A DNA stretch of 64,000 nucleotides from Gammaproteobacteria bacterium (GCA_965237805.1 OZ250153.1:1024001-1088000), one strand, 5' to 3'. Counted from the first letter of the stretch, positions 30,309 to 40,600 are shown. Program-made: numbers and translations. The notes: generated by a model from the sequence alone, not told the origin.

Positions 30309-31007
30309 CTATCCGTCACTGAAGCGGGGGTAGATATCAAAGCGCACCAGTTTGCCCCGCAAACTGTGGGCGGGCGGGTGACCCGACAACGGTGGCGAGC
30401 GCAGGGGGCGTTTGACCACCACTCGATAGCGTGCGCTGCGCAGTGCCAAGGCCAACAAGGCATCGTCCTGCGCTGACTCGACAGTGCTGGCAAGCGCCCA
30501 CAGAGCGCGCGCCGACTTTTTTGTCAGCGCAACCTTGCGTCGCAATGGAAACATCGGATCCAAATAGACCACATCAAAGCGGGTGTCGGGCAATAACAAG
30601 TGCGCATCGCAAACCCGCAAGGACATGCGCGCCGCAATCGCCGCCAGCTTGCCGCTGGCCGAACGAGCACGGCTCAAAGCGTCTAACAACAGGGTGGCGA
30701 CCACCGGATGCCGCTCACACATGGCCACCCGGCAACCGGCCGAGGCCAGCACATAGGCATCTGTGCCGAGGCCAGCCGTCGCGTCCAGCACTTCGGGTGC
30801 CCGGCCACCAACGGTGCCGACGGCGCGGCGCAACAAGCTCGCCCCTTGGCTGCGCCGCCGCAAATTGGGGGCGCTGAAATCTTGGCGCAGCGAGGCGGCA
30901 ACACCGCTGTCATCGCACAGCACCAATCCTTCCGGGTGCAAGCCCAAGCGCCAACCTGCACCGGGCGAGCTGGCGATGCGGGCATCGCGCCGACGGCTCA
31001 GGAGCAA
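30309..31007 (-). CDS. rsmJ: 16S rRNA m2G1516 methyltransferase RsmJ (YhiQ)
   Basis: VLDATAGLGTDA, ERHP, DVVYLDPMFP, RVVVKRP, RFDIY. Confidence 0.9.
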   Translation of the reverse strand: MLLSRRRDARIASSPGAGWRLGLHPEGLVLCDDSGVAASLRQDFSAPNLRRRSQGASLLRRAVGTVGGRAPEVLDATAGLGTDAYVLASAGCRVAMCERHPVVATLLLDALSRARSASGKLAAIAARMSLRVCDAHLLLPDTRFDVVYLDPMFPLRRKVALTKKSARALWALASTVESAQDDALLALALRSARYRVVVKRPLRSPPLSGHPPAHSLRGKLVRFDIYPRFSDG

Positions 31008-32101
31008 CCCTCCCAGACCGCCCGCAACGCTGGCTCATCGTCAAACTCGAGCAAGCGCGAGCTACCGATGGCATCGAGCAACACCAGACGCAACCGCCCC
31101 GCACGCCGCTTTTTGTCTTGCCACATGGCCGCGATCAACGCATCCGTCGCCAAGCCGGGCGGCGGGCGCACTGGCAAGTCCAGCGTCGACAACAGCGCCT
31201 CAATACGCTCCGCCGCTGCACTGTCCAACATGCCGCAGCGCACCGACAGGCGAGCGGCGAGAGCCATGCCCACCGACACTGCCTCGCCGTGCCTAAGCCC
31301 TCGGTAGGACTCCACCGTTTCGATGGCATGCGCAAAACTGTGCCCGAGATTGAGCAGAGCACGACGACCACCTGTCTCGCGCTCATCAGCGACGACGATG
31401 TCCGCCTTGTGCGCGCAGGAACGCCGTATCGCCTCGAGCTGAGCTCCCGCTTCCCGCTGCAACAGCGCCTCGCTATGGCCTTCCAGCCAGCCGAAGAAAA
31501 CGGCATCTCCCAACAAACCGTACTTGATCACCTCGGCGAGGCCAGCGCGGTAATCGCGTAGCGGCAGGCTGGACAGCGTGTCGACATCGGCGATCACGCA
31601 ACGCGGTTGATGGAAAGCGCCGATCATATTTTTGCCAGCGAGATGATCCACCGCTGTTTTGCCACCCACCGAGGCATCCACCTGCGCCAGCAGCGTGGTC
31701 GGCAATTGCAAATAGTCGACGCCGCGCAGATAGGTCGCGGCGGCAAAACCACACATATCGCCGACCACGCCGCCACCCAAGGCCAATAAGCTCACATCGC
31801 GGTCGGCACCGGCCTCAATCAGGGCGTCGTAGATGCGTGCCAAGCCGGTCAAATTCTTGTGCTGTTCGCCATCTGGCAACACCAGTGCAGCGCAACGTAG
31901 CCCCGGCAACGACGACAGCACCGCCCGCAACGGCTCCAAGTACAAGGGTGCCACCCGTTCATCGCTGACGACCATGGCCAGCGGCCCCGGTATCGCCGCA
32001 CGCAACAACTCGCCATCGCCGAGCAGGCCTGCACCGATGTGGATATCGTAGGCGCGCTCAGCCAACGCCACGGTCAGGCGATGGCGCTCCGAGCGACTCA
32101 C
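30998..32101 (-). CDS. aroB: 3-dehydroquinate synthase
   Basis: PDGEQHK, GGGVVGD, PTTLLAQVDASVGGKT, KNMIGAFHQP, LNLGHSFAHAIE. Confidence 0.97.
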   Translation of the reverse strand: MSRSERHRLTVALAERAYDIHIGAGLLGDGELLRAAIPGPLAMVVSDERVAPLYLEPLRAVLSSLPGLRCAALVLPDGEQHKNLTGLARIYDALIEAGADRDVSLLALGGGVVGDMCGFAAATYLRGVDYLQLPTTLLAQVDASVGGKTAVDHLAGKNMIGAFHQPRCVIADVDTLSSLPLRDYRAGLAEVIKYGLLGDAVFFGWLEGHSEALLQREAGAQLEAIRRSCAHKADIVVADERETGGRRALLNLGHSFAHAIETVESYRGLRHGEAVSVGMALAARLSVRCGMLDSAAAERIEALLSTLDLPVRPPPGLATDALIAAMWQDKKRRAGRLRLVLLDAIGSSRLLEFDDEPALRAVWEGCS

Positions 32102-32105
32102 GACA

Positions 32106-32624
32106 TCAGCCCAGTTGATCCATGATGCACTGGGCGACGACGGCAGGAACACCGTCGCCATCCACCTCGTGGTCGGCAAGCTCTCGATACAGCGGATCGC
32201 GCTCTGCCAACAGCCGCCTCAGCGTGTGACTGGGATCGTCATCGCGGAGCAGCGGGCGCGACGTGCTACCGCTGAGACGTGTCAATGCCTGTTCCAAGCT
32301 GACGCGCAAGTAGACCACCTCAGCACAACGCTTCAACACGGCGCGGTTGCCCGCCGCCAACACGGCACCGCCACCAGTGGCCAACACGACGCCGCGCTGC
32401 GCCGCCAGCGCAGCCAGCGCCTCAGCTTCGAGGCGACGGAAGTAGGGCTCGCCGCGACCTTCAAACAATTCCGCAATGCTACAACCGGCGCGGCGCTCGA
32501 TTTCCGCATCACAATCCAAGAAAGGGCGCTGCAGGCTCTCGGCGAGACAACGACCGACGGTGCTCTTGCCCGCCCCCATCAAACCGATTAATGCGATATT
32601 GTCGCGCCCACGCACCGCCATCAT
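32106..32624 (-). CDS. aroK: Shikimate kinase
   Basis: GLMGAGKSTVG, GEPYFR, ATGGG, RPLL, RDPLY. Confidence 0.96.
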   Translation of the reverse strand: MMAVRGRDNIALIGLMGAGKSTVGRCLAESLQRPFLDCDAEIERRAGCSIAELFEGRGEPYFRRLEAEALAALAAQRGVVLATGGGAVLAAGNRAVLKRCAEVVYLRVSLEQALTRLSGSTSRPLLRDDDPSHTLRRLLAERDPLYRELADHEVDGDGVPAVVAQCIMDQLG

Positions 32625-32705
32625 GACTACCGCCGCAACACATCCCGCCACCCTAGTGCCAATTATCCCACAGCGGCAAGGCGGTGGCGACAACCCCACG
32701 ATGAC

Positions 32706-34193
32706 TCATTCGCCGGGCAAAATATGTGGAGTGATGAACACCAAGGTCTCTGTTTTTAGGCTACTGCTGGTCTGACGGCGAAACAACCGTCCCAGCAATG
32801 GCAGGCTGCCGAGCAACGGCACGCGCAACTCTGAGCGTAGCAGCTCCTCACGCAGTATGCCGCCCAACACCACCGTCTCGCCATTACGCGCCAGTACGCG
32901 GGTGCGCAGCTCGGTAGTATCAATGCTCGGCAGAACCGCGCTACCACTATCCACCACACTACCGGGTGCATCTTGATTGACCACCAACTCTAAGAGGATG
33001 TGATCGTCTGCGGTGATGGCTGGCGTCACCTCCAAAGCTAATACTGCATCCTTGAAACGCACAGTAGTGCCGCCGTTTTCAGCTGACTCCTGAAAGGGAA
33101 TCTGGGTGCCCGAACGCACCGTCGCTGTATGCCGATCGCTGGTGACGATGCGCGGACGGGCGATGACTTCGCCCAAACCTTTGCTTTCCAGCGCCGCCAA
33201 AGCCAGCGAGAGCCACGCCGAATTGCCAGTCACACCGATGCTGAAGCCAGCCTGGCCACCACCGAAGTCCACAGCGAGGCCAGTGGCATCAGCGAGCGCC
33301 CCGCTATTGCGGTGGCTGCGCAATAGCGCTTGGGTGGAATCGTCATCCGCCCCAAGCGCGACCGAGGCGGAGCCCAGGCGATCTGCAGCCGCCAACCGCC
33401 AACGCACCCCGAGCTGGTTGACAGCATCGGCGCGCACCATGACGATGCGTGCCTCTATCGACACTTGACGCACCGGCACATCGGCCAGCGCCACCAATTC
33501 CCGCAGGCGATGCCGCTGAGCGGCATCGCCGCTTAAAAACAGTGTGTTGATGCGCATATCCACCGCCACATGCGCTCCCTCGACGGCCATCCGCAACAGC
33601 TCCGCCACATCGGCGGCGGCGGCAAAGTGTAGCGGCAATGCCGACACCTCCATAGCTGCTCGCGCCGCCGCTCGCCGCCACACGCGCAACAGCCGCCCAT
33701 CACGGCTCGCGCTGAGGCTGTGCTGCTCCAGCAACAGCTGCCATGCCTGCTGCCACGACACCCTCACCAAGCGCAGCGTTACCCGGCCATCGAGCTCTGG
33801 TGCCAACAGCAAGTTCAGCCCGCGCAGCTCGGCCAGCTGATACAGCAGCGGGCGCAGGGCAACATCGCGCAATTCGAGGTCCCAAGAACTCTCCTGAGCG
33901 GTCGGCGATGGCTCCAATGCCATACGGCGCAGGCTGCCGTCGGCAGCGGCGTGCAGGCTCCAGCGCCGCGCACCATCGCGCAGCAAGCCCACCGCCAAGC
34001 CATCCGCTGCCGCTGTGCTGAGCGCCGGTTGTAGCGCAAATGGGGAGGCCAGCTCGGCCAGCGGCGCAGGGGATGGTTTAGCTGACGTCCGCGCTGTGAG
34101 CACAGCGGGACAACACAGCACCAAACAAGCCCAAAGCGCACAACGTGGCCACAAAATATCGACCAGCTGTCGTCTCCGCAACGGATTCATCAC
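32706..34193 (-). CDS. pilQ: Type IV pilus/competence secretin PilQ (HofQ-like, short)
   Basis: VDMRIN, PVRQVSIEARIV, LGVRW, GTQIP, LEVTPAI, GETVVLGG, VPLLGSLPLLGRLFR, LVFITPHI. Confidence 0.9.
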   Translation of the reverse strand: MMNPLRRRQLVDILWPRCALWACLVLCCPAVLTARTSAKPSPAPLAELASPFALQPALSTAAADGLAVGLLRDGARRWSLHAAADGSLRRMALEPSPTAQESSWDLELRDVALRPLLYQLAELRGLNLLLAPELDGRVTLRLVRVSWQQAWQLLLEQHSLSASRDGRLLRVWRRAAARAAMEVSALPLHFAAAADVAELLRMAVEGAHVAVDMRINTLFLSGDAAQRHRLRELVALADVPVRQVSIEARIVMVRADAVNQLGVRWRLAAADRLGSASVALGADDDSTQALLRSHRNSGALADATGLAVDFGGGQAGFSIGVTGNSAWLSLALAALESKGLGEVIARPRIVTSDRHTATVRSGTQIPFQESAENGGTTVRFKDAVLALEVTPAITADDHILLELVVNQDAPGSVVDSGSAVLPSIDTTELRTRVLARNGETVVLGGILREELLRSELRVPLLGSLPLLGRLFRRQTSSSLKTETLVFITPHILPGE

Positions 34194-34720
34194 TCAGCTG
34201 GCCCGTCACAGCAGATCGCCAGCTCTGTCTCCAAGCGCAACGGTGCCGAGAGTTGCTCCGGAGACGCTGGCACCAAGCGGATCCAGCGCGGTTTCACCGG
34301 CCACGGCAAGCTGCCCAGACGGCGAAAGAAGCTGGCGATGCCGACATAGGATCCGTCAGCCGACAGCCGCAACACAACGGCGGTGCCGTCCTCCCGCGCC
34401 GTCGCCGGTGCCACAACTAAGCGATGCAGCCGCAGGCCACCCCGCTCGGCGGCGGTAGCGATCCCTGCCAACAGCTCGGCGGAATCCAGCGCTGGCAACG
34501 CCCGCAGCGCAGCAAGCGTCGGCCAGCTAGGCGGCGCGGCCAGCTCGCGTGCGAGCTGCTCGGCCTCGACTCGCTCGCGCAACAGTGCACGCTGCACCGG
34601 CCATGCCAACACAACACAGCCAAGGCTAAGCGAGCACAGAAAAACCGCGGCTAACAGCCAGCGCGGGTGCCGCTGCCAAGCGGCGGCGGGACGCGGCCAG
34701 CTAGCGACGAGAACCGTCAC
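34190..34720 (-). CDS. PilO/HofO-like alignment protein (divergent)
   Basis: N-terminal TM, LLAGIATAAERGGL, GSYVGIASFFRRLGSLP; lies between pilN and pilQ. Confidence 0.68.
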   Translation of the reverse strand: MTVLVASWPRPAAAWQRHPRWLLAAVFLCSLSLGCVVLAWPVQRALLRERVEAEQLARELAAPPSWPTLAALRALPALDSAELLAGIATAAERGGLRLHRLVVAPATAREDGTAVVLRLSADGSYVGIASFFRRLGSLPWPVKPRWIRLVPASPEQLSAPLRLETELAICCDGPAE

Positions 34721-36096
34721 GGCGATGGCACCGCCAAGCCACCGGTATCCAGCGACAGCGAAGCCTCCAATACAAAGTGTTGCGCCGGGGGGCCGGACGC
34801 CAGCGCCTGCAACTGCCGCAGCTCGACACGCCGAAACAATGCTTGTGCCTCGATACCCTCCATCAGCTGCGAGACGGCGGCCAGATGCCTAGCCCTGCCC
34901 TCCAGCCGCAACACCTCGCCCTGCAGCTCGACACGCTCGTAGCGCGCAGCCGCCGGACGCACTACGGAAAGCGGTACCCACAGCTCCTCCGCTATTCGCT
35001 GGGCGCGACGCCAACGGGCGCGGCGCTCGACCTCAGAGGCGCGTCTAAGCGCAGTGCGCTGATGTCGAAGACGGACTTTGTCAGCGCGTTGTCGCACCGT
35101 GCCGAGCTGATGGCGATGTGCCGCATTTTGCGCTAGCTGTAGCGTGCCGCCGCGTTGCAAAGCACCGCGTACGGCCAGCGCCGCGCCTTGGCCGAGCAAC
35201 AACAGCACCATCGCTACGGCGAGCCAGCGGCTGCCAGCTCGGCGGCGGCGGCGAGCCCGCCACGGCAGCAGATTATGGCCACCACCAGCGGCGAGGCCGA
35301 TCGCAACGCGCCACGACTGAGACAGCTCGCCAACCATGCCATCCCCGATCCCCGACACGCGCAAGCCTCCCGCCAATAACTGTGCCCCGCGCCGTTCGGC
35401 CGCAGCGGCTGGCATCAAGCGCTCAAGTCGCAGCCCGACAGCCCGCGCCAGCTCGATCGCAGCTCGGCACTCCGCACGATGACACGCGACCAACTCCAGC
35501 GAGCGCTCGGCAACCCCCGCCACAGCGCCGGGCACCGCCATAGTCGGGGCGGCGAGGCCCCCGCCTCGCCATTCAGCCACCCCGATCGCGTGCTCCGTGA
35601 CACAGCCGCCAGCTGCGGCCTCAGCCACAGGCCGCAAAACCCCGGCACCAAACGTTGCCAGCGACTCCCCACGAACCACGACACCGCCGTCCGCCGCGGG
35701 CTCGGCAGCTGCCGACAGCACATAGTCCAGTGCCAATTCGGAGGGTGGCAATGGCACCATGCATTCAGCCTCGGCCAGCAGCGCCAATGCCAACTCTCCC
35801 TCTGTCATCGCCTCGCTGACAGCGAGCTGACGCCGGACCACCACCGCTTCTGGCAGCGCCATCGCGACCCGGCACGGCGCTGTGGACAGCTGCCGCAAGG
35901 CGCTGGACAATGCCCCCGCAAGCGACTCTGCCGAGCCCCACTCCCAAGCAATCGCTTCACAGACGGCTGGTTGTGTCCCGCCGCGCTGCAACGCCAGCGC
36001 GGCCAAGCACAGCTGCCGCCCGGCAGTATCCACCACCACCCCCAACTCCGGCACCGAAGCACGCCGCCACCGAAGTCGCCCCGGCCATTGCCACAC
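34717..36096 (-). CDS. Fused PilM-PilN (HofM-HofN-like) protein
   Basis: PilM-like VAMALPEAVVVRR, VPLPPSELALDY, VAIGLA runs into PilN signature NLLPWRARRR, then TM helix and LRLEGRA; GTG 36096 after GGGAG. Confidence 0.72.
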   Translation of the reverse strand: MWQWPGRLRWRRASVPELGVVVDTAGRQLCLAALALQRGGTQPAVCEAIAWEWGSAESLAGALSSALRQLSTAPCRVAMALPEAVVVRRQLAVSEAMTEGELALALLAEAECMVPLPPSELALDYVLSAAAEPAADGGVVVRGESLATFGAGVLRPVAEAAAGGCVTEHAIGVAEWRGGGLAAPTMAVPGAVAGVAERSLELVACHRAECRAAIELARAVGLRLERLMPAAAAERRGAQLLAGGLRVSGIGDGMVGELSQSWRVAIGLAAGGGHNLLPWRARRRRRAGSRWLAVAMVLLLLGQGAALAVRGALQRGGTLQLAQNAAHRHQLGTVRQRADKVRLRHQRTALRRASEVERRARWRRAQRIAEELWVPLSVVRPAAARYERVELQGEVLRLEGRARHLAAVSQLMEGIEAQALFRRVELRQLQALASGPPAQHFVLEASLSLDTGGLAVPSP

Positions 36097-36170
36097 AGCG
36101 AGCTCCCTGTTGTTACTCTGCCCTCTATAATCTAGCGAAGAATCCTCCCTTCCCAGCCCATCAAATAGGG

Positions 36171-38687
36171 ATGCCATCCTCTCCTTTTGACAGCGCGGCC
36201 TCGCGCCCGCGGGGATTCCACCTATACGCGCTGATCGTTCACACGAGTTTCGCCAGTCTCTGCGGCGGCATGTTGATGCTGGCCGGCGCATGGCTGTACC
36301 TGAGCCCGCAGCTACCTGAGGTATCAGCGCTACGCGACATCGAATTGCAGATACCGATGCGAATCTATTCAAAAGATGGCCTGCTGATCGGCGAGTTCGG
36401 TGAGAAGCGCCGTATTCCAGTGGCCTATGGTGATCTGCCGCAGCAGTTGATCGATGCTTTCCTGACCGCCGAAGACGACCGCTTCCTGAGCCATCCCGGC
36501 ATCGATATCACCAGCTTGGCGCGGGCCATGCTGCAATACCTGAGCAGCGGCGATTTCAAAAGCGGCGGCAGTACTATCACGATGCAAGTCGCCCGCAACT
36601 ATTTCCTTAGCCGCGAACGCACCATCGCCCGCAAACTCAATGAAATCCTGCTGGCGCTACAGATTGAACGCGAACTACAAAAAACTGAGATCTTGGCACT
36701 GTACATCAACAAAATCTACCTCGGCCACCGCGCCTACGGAGCGGCAGCCGCCGCCCAAGTGTATTACGGCAAAAATCTAAAACAGCTCAGCTTGGCCGAG
36801 TGCGCCATGATCGCCGGCCTGCCCAAAGCACCGTCGGCCATCAACCCGCTGAGCAACCCTGAGCAGGCACTGGTGCGGCGCAACTGGATCCTCGACCGCA
36901 TGTTCGCTTTGGGCTACGCCGACGAAGCGGCTTGGCGCGAGGCCAGAGTGGCTCCGGTGACCGCCTACCGCCACGGGGCCCCCATCGAATTGAACGCCCG
37001 CTATGCGGCCGAGATGGCACGCCGAGAGGTGATCCGCGACTTTGGCCTCTCCGCCTACACGCGCGGGCTACGCGTCTTCACCTCCGTCGATAGCCACCTC
37101 CAGCGTGCGGCGCAACAGGCGACGATCACCGGCTTGCAAAACTACGACCGGCGCCATGGCTATCGCGGCGCGACGCCGCTGCTCGCCCGGCCAGCCACAG
37201 CGGATACCCCAGGCGAGCCAGTGCGCCCAGATGACAAGATAGTGACGCTGCTGGATGCTTTGGCGCAACATCGTCCGGTGGCAATATGGCAACCGGCCAT
37301 GGTGCTCGAATCCACCGAGCGGCGGCTGGTCACGCTATTGCGGAACGGCGGCCGAGCGACGCTAAACTGGGAGCAGGGCTTGTCCAAAGCGGCACCATAT
37401 ATCAATGAGAACCGCACTGGCCGGGCTCCGAAACAGGCAAGCGATGTGGCATTGCCCGGCGATTTGGTATGGCTGTGGCGAGAGGAGCTCGACGGGGCAG
37501 ACACAACAACAAACAACGGTTGGCGACTGGGGCAGCTGCCCGATATACAAGGCGCCCTAATCTCTATGGATACTGGTGACGGAGCCATCCGCGCCATGGT
37601 GGGCGGTCTCGACTTCAGGCGCAGCAACTTCAACCATGCCACCCAAGGGGAGCGTCAGCCGGGCTCTGGCTTCAAGCCCTTCATCTATGCCGCAGCACTG
37701 GACAGCGGGCTGAGCGCCGCCAGCATCTTCAACGACGCTCCGGTGGTCTTCGAAGATAAATTCCTAGAGGACTTCTGGCGCCCCTCCAATGCCAGCGGCC
37801 GCTTCAGCGGCCCGACGCGACTGCGGGTGGCGCTGCGCCACTCCCGCAATTTGGTGTCGGTGCGCTTGCTACGCCATGTCGGTATCGGCAAGACGGTGGA
37901 TTACCTCGCGCGCTTCGGCTTCGACACAAAGGCGATACCGCGCGACCTGTCCTTGGCGCTCGGTAGCTATGCCGTGACGCCACTGAAGCTCTGCACTGCC
38001 TACGCCAGCTTGGCCAATGGTGGCTATCGGGTCGCACCCTATCTAGTCGAACGCATCGATACGGATGACAAGCGCACGATCTTCCAAGCAGCGCCGAATG
38101 TGGTGCCCGACAGAGTCACCGCCTCGACCGCCGGGGTCACGACTGGCGCGCTGGCACCGCGCATCCTCGACAAGCGTGTCTCCTACATCTTGGATCACAT
38201 GATGCAGGATGTGATCCAGCGCGGCACCGGACGGCGCGCCCGGGTGCTGAGCCGCAGCGACTTGGCGGGGAAAACGGGTACAACCAACGGCCCGCGCGAC
38301 GCTTGGTTCTCCGGCTACCACCCACAGCTGGCGACCATCGTCTGGGTCGGCTTCGACCAAAACCGGCTGCTCGGTGCCCGCGAACAAGGCGCGGCCACTG
38401 CCCTGCCGATATGGATCGATTATATGCGTGAAGCGCTGGCCGGAGTGCCGATCAAGACGCGCGAGACACCAGACGGTGTGGTGGTGGCGCGCATCGACCA
38501 GACAACCGGTAAACCGGTGGCTCCGGGTCAAGCGGGCGGCATATTCGAAGTGTTCCGCAGGGAAAACACCCCGCTGCCAGCGACGGCTGCCAGCGACCGC
38601 GTCGAGGCAAACAGTCCACCCGCAGAGCAACAGCGTGATGCCGCCCAAACTCGGGAAAACGAGCGCCTGCTAGAAGATCTGTTCTGA
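36171..38687 (+). CDS. mrcA: Penicillin-binding protein 1A
   Basis: EDDRF, GGSTITMQVARN, RKLNE, RQPGSGFKP (SxxK), SRN, GKTGTTN; divergent from pilM. Confidence 0.96.
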   Translation: MPSSPFDSAASRPRGFHLYALIVHTSFASLCGGMLMLAGAWLYLSPQLPEVSALRDIELQIPMRIYSKDGLLIGEFGEKRRIPVAYGDLPQQLIDAFLTAEDDRFLSHPGIDITSLARAMLQYLSSGDFKSGGSTITMQVARNYFLSRERTIARKLNEILLALQIERELQKTEILALYINKIYLGHRAYGAAAAAQVYYGKNLKQLSLAECAMIAGLPKAPSAINPLSNPEQALVRRNWILDRMFALGYADEAAWREARVAPVTAYRHGAPIELNARYAAEMARREVIRDFGLSAYTRGLRVFTSVDSHLQRAAQQATITGLQNYDRRHGYRGATPLLARPATADTPGEPVRPDDKIVTLLDALAQHRPVAIWQPAMVLESTERRLVTLLRNGGRATLNWEQGLSKAAPYINENRTGRAPKQASDVALPGDLVWLWREELDGADTTTNNGWRLGQLPDIQGALISMDTGDGAIRAMVGGLDFRRSNFNHATQGERQPGSGFKPFIYAAALDSGLSAASIFNDAPVVFEDKFLEDFWRPSNASGRFSGPTRLRVALRHSRNLVSVRLLRHVGIGKTVDYLARFGFDTKAIPRDLSLALGSYAVTPLKLCTAYASLANGGYRVAPYLVERIDTDDKRTIFQAAPNVVPDRVTASTAGVTTGALAPRILDKRVSYILDHMMQDVIQRGTGRRARVLSRSDLAGKTGTTNGPRDAWFSGYHPQLATIVWVGFDQNRLLGAREQGAATALPIWIDYMREALAGVPIKTRETPDGVVVARIDQTTGKPVAPGQAGGIFEVFRRENTPLPATAASDRVEANSPPAEQQRDAAQTRENERLLEDLF

Positions 38688-38724
38688 GGGACGCGCACCG
38701 ACCCGGTCACTCAGACGCAAGCGC

Positions 38725-39885
38725 TCAGTCGATGTTGCCAGCATGCGGCATGCGCAGATAGCCGCCGGGAGTGCGGCGCACCAAGCCTTGCAATTCCAGC
38801 TCAGCCAAGGCTGCCGAGACCGCCGCTGGCGCGAGACGGCTACGGGCAATCGCCAGATCTACCGGCGTCGGCTCAAAGCCCACCGCTTCGAGCAGCACCC
38901 GCAAGCCCGCATCCAGTGGCGGTGCGGCGGCAACGCGGCTGGCATCGACCGCCGTGGCAGCATCCCCCGCTGCGGGTAGCGGACGAAACTGGGCCGTCAA
39001 CTCCGCCAGCGCATCCTCGGCGCACTCGACCAGCGCCGCTCCCTCGCGAATCAGGGCATTGGCCCCACGTGCCATCGGATTGTGCGGCGAGCCCGGCACC
39101 GCCATCACCTCGCGCCCTTGCTCGCGGGCGCAACGCGCCGTGATCAGCGAACCGCTGCGCTCTGCGGCTTCGATCACCAGCACCCCCAGCGACAGGCCGC
39201 TGATGACCCGGTTGCGACGAGGAAAATTGCCGCGCAGCGGCGGGCATCCCGGCGGAAACTCCGAGACCACCGCACCGCTGGCGGCAACTTCCGCAGCCAG
39301 TTGGCGGTGTTCTGGTGGATAGATGCAATCCAAACCAGCACCGAGTACCGCAACGCTACGCCCCCCCGCCACCAGCGCGGCGCGATGGGCAACGCTGTCG
39401 ATGCCACGCGCCAAGCCACTGGTGACGACCAGCCCGCGAGCGGCCAAGGCCGCTGCCAGCGAGCGCGCTGAGTCGGCACCCCCCGGCGTCGGCTGGCGGC
39501 TGCCAACCAAGGCCAGCTGTGGTGCCGACAAGGCGGACAGGTCACCGCGCACGAAGAGCAACGGTGGCGGCACAGACAATTCGCGCAAGGGCGGTGGATA
39601 AGTGCTATCGTCCAGCGCCAACAACGAGACCCCCTCCCGCTCCAACCATGCGGCATCGGCATCGCGCTGCCGCCACAGGGCATCCCGACGCGCGCCGCCA
39701 TCGCGCCATACGGCGAGGCTCTCGCAGAGATCCTCCCCGGCTCCGGCGCAGAGCAGCTGGGCTCGGGGGGCCTCCAGCATGGCCTCGGGGGTGCCGCAAA
39801 GCGCCGACAAACGGCACAGCACAGCGGGCGAGGCACCGGGCAGGCGCAACAGGAGCAACCAGGCGAGGACGCGGGCATCAGCCAT
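38725..39885 (-). CDS. dprA: DNA-processing protein DprA
   Basis: VGSR, SGLARGID, FPRRNRVISGLS, SGSLITA, GREVMAVPGS, C-terminal LELQG. Confidence 0.95.
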   Translation of the reverse strand: MADARVLAWLLLLRLPGASPAVLCRLSALCGTPEAMLEAPRAQLLCAGAGEDLCESLAVWRDGGARRDALWRQRDADAAWLEREGVSLLALDDSTYPPPLRELSVPPPLLFVRGDLSALSAPQLALVGSRQPTPGGADSARSLAAALAARGLVVTSGLARGIDSVAHRAALVAGGRSVAVLGAGLDCIYPPEHRQLAAEVAASGAVVSEFPPGCPPLRGNFPRRNRVISGLSLGVLVIEAAERSGSLITARCAREQGREVMAVPGSPHNPMARGANALIREGAALVECAEDALAELTAQFRPLPAAGDAATAVDASRVAAAPPLDAGLRVLLEAVGFEPTPVDLAIARSRLAPAAVSAALAELELQGLVRRTPGGYLRMPHAGNID

Positions 39886-40075
39886 GGGTGCAGGACGGTC
39901 ATGTGGCGGTGGCGGCAAGTGGATTGTCGAGGATGCGACAGGCTATTGAACACATCAAATGGGGTGCTGCCCACAGTGCTTTGCCGCCGACGCGACAAGG
40001 CGCTGCGCCGAGCTGTGCATCACGAGAGTACTTGCCCCTACACTAGGGTCCCAATACCGTCGCTCTGTCACTCCA

Positions 40076-40479
40076 ATGCATCCTCACATCACCATGGTCA
40101 CACTCGGCGTGCGCGATTAGACCGCGCCGTCGCCCGCTACCGAAACAGCCTCAAACTGCCCCAAAAGCCCGGCACCGAAACAGGGATCGCCTTTTTTGCA
40201 ACCGACGGCTGCTTGTTGGGCCTTTATCCACGCGATCAGCTGGCCGCGGACATCACAGTCGCCGCAGCTGGCACCGGCTTCTCGGGCTTCGCCCTCGCTC
40301 ACAATGTGGCCTCTCCCAAAGCGGTGGATACCGTGTTGGACGAAGCCGTCTCGGCTGGTACCACTCTGGTCAAAGCAGGGCAAAAAGTGTTCTGGGGCGG
40401 CTATTTCGCCGATTTGGACGGCTTCTACTGGGAGGTGGCTTGGAGTCCGCACTGGCAGGATGCCCACCAAACGAGCTGA
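40076..40479 (+). pseudogene. VOC/glyoxalase family gene, frameshifted
   Basis: ATG 40076 gives MHPHITMVTLGVRD then TAG; homology resumes in another frame (LDRAVARY..GFSGFALAHNV..VFWGG|YFADLDGFYWEVAW). Confidence 0.8.
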
Positions 40480-40600
40480 GCGCCAGCCACAGCCTTATAT
40501 AATAGTCAATGGTGTCAGATGAGCCAGCGACGATGCAGCGTGAGATAGCACATGCGGACATCAGCGAGCACCGCCTCCAGCTGCCACCGTACTTCACGCC

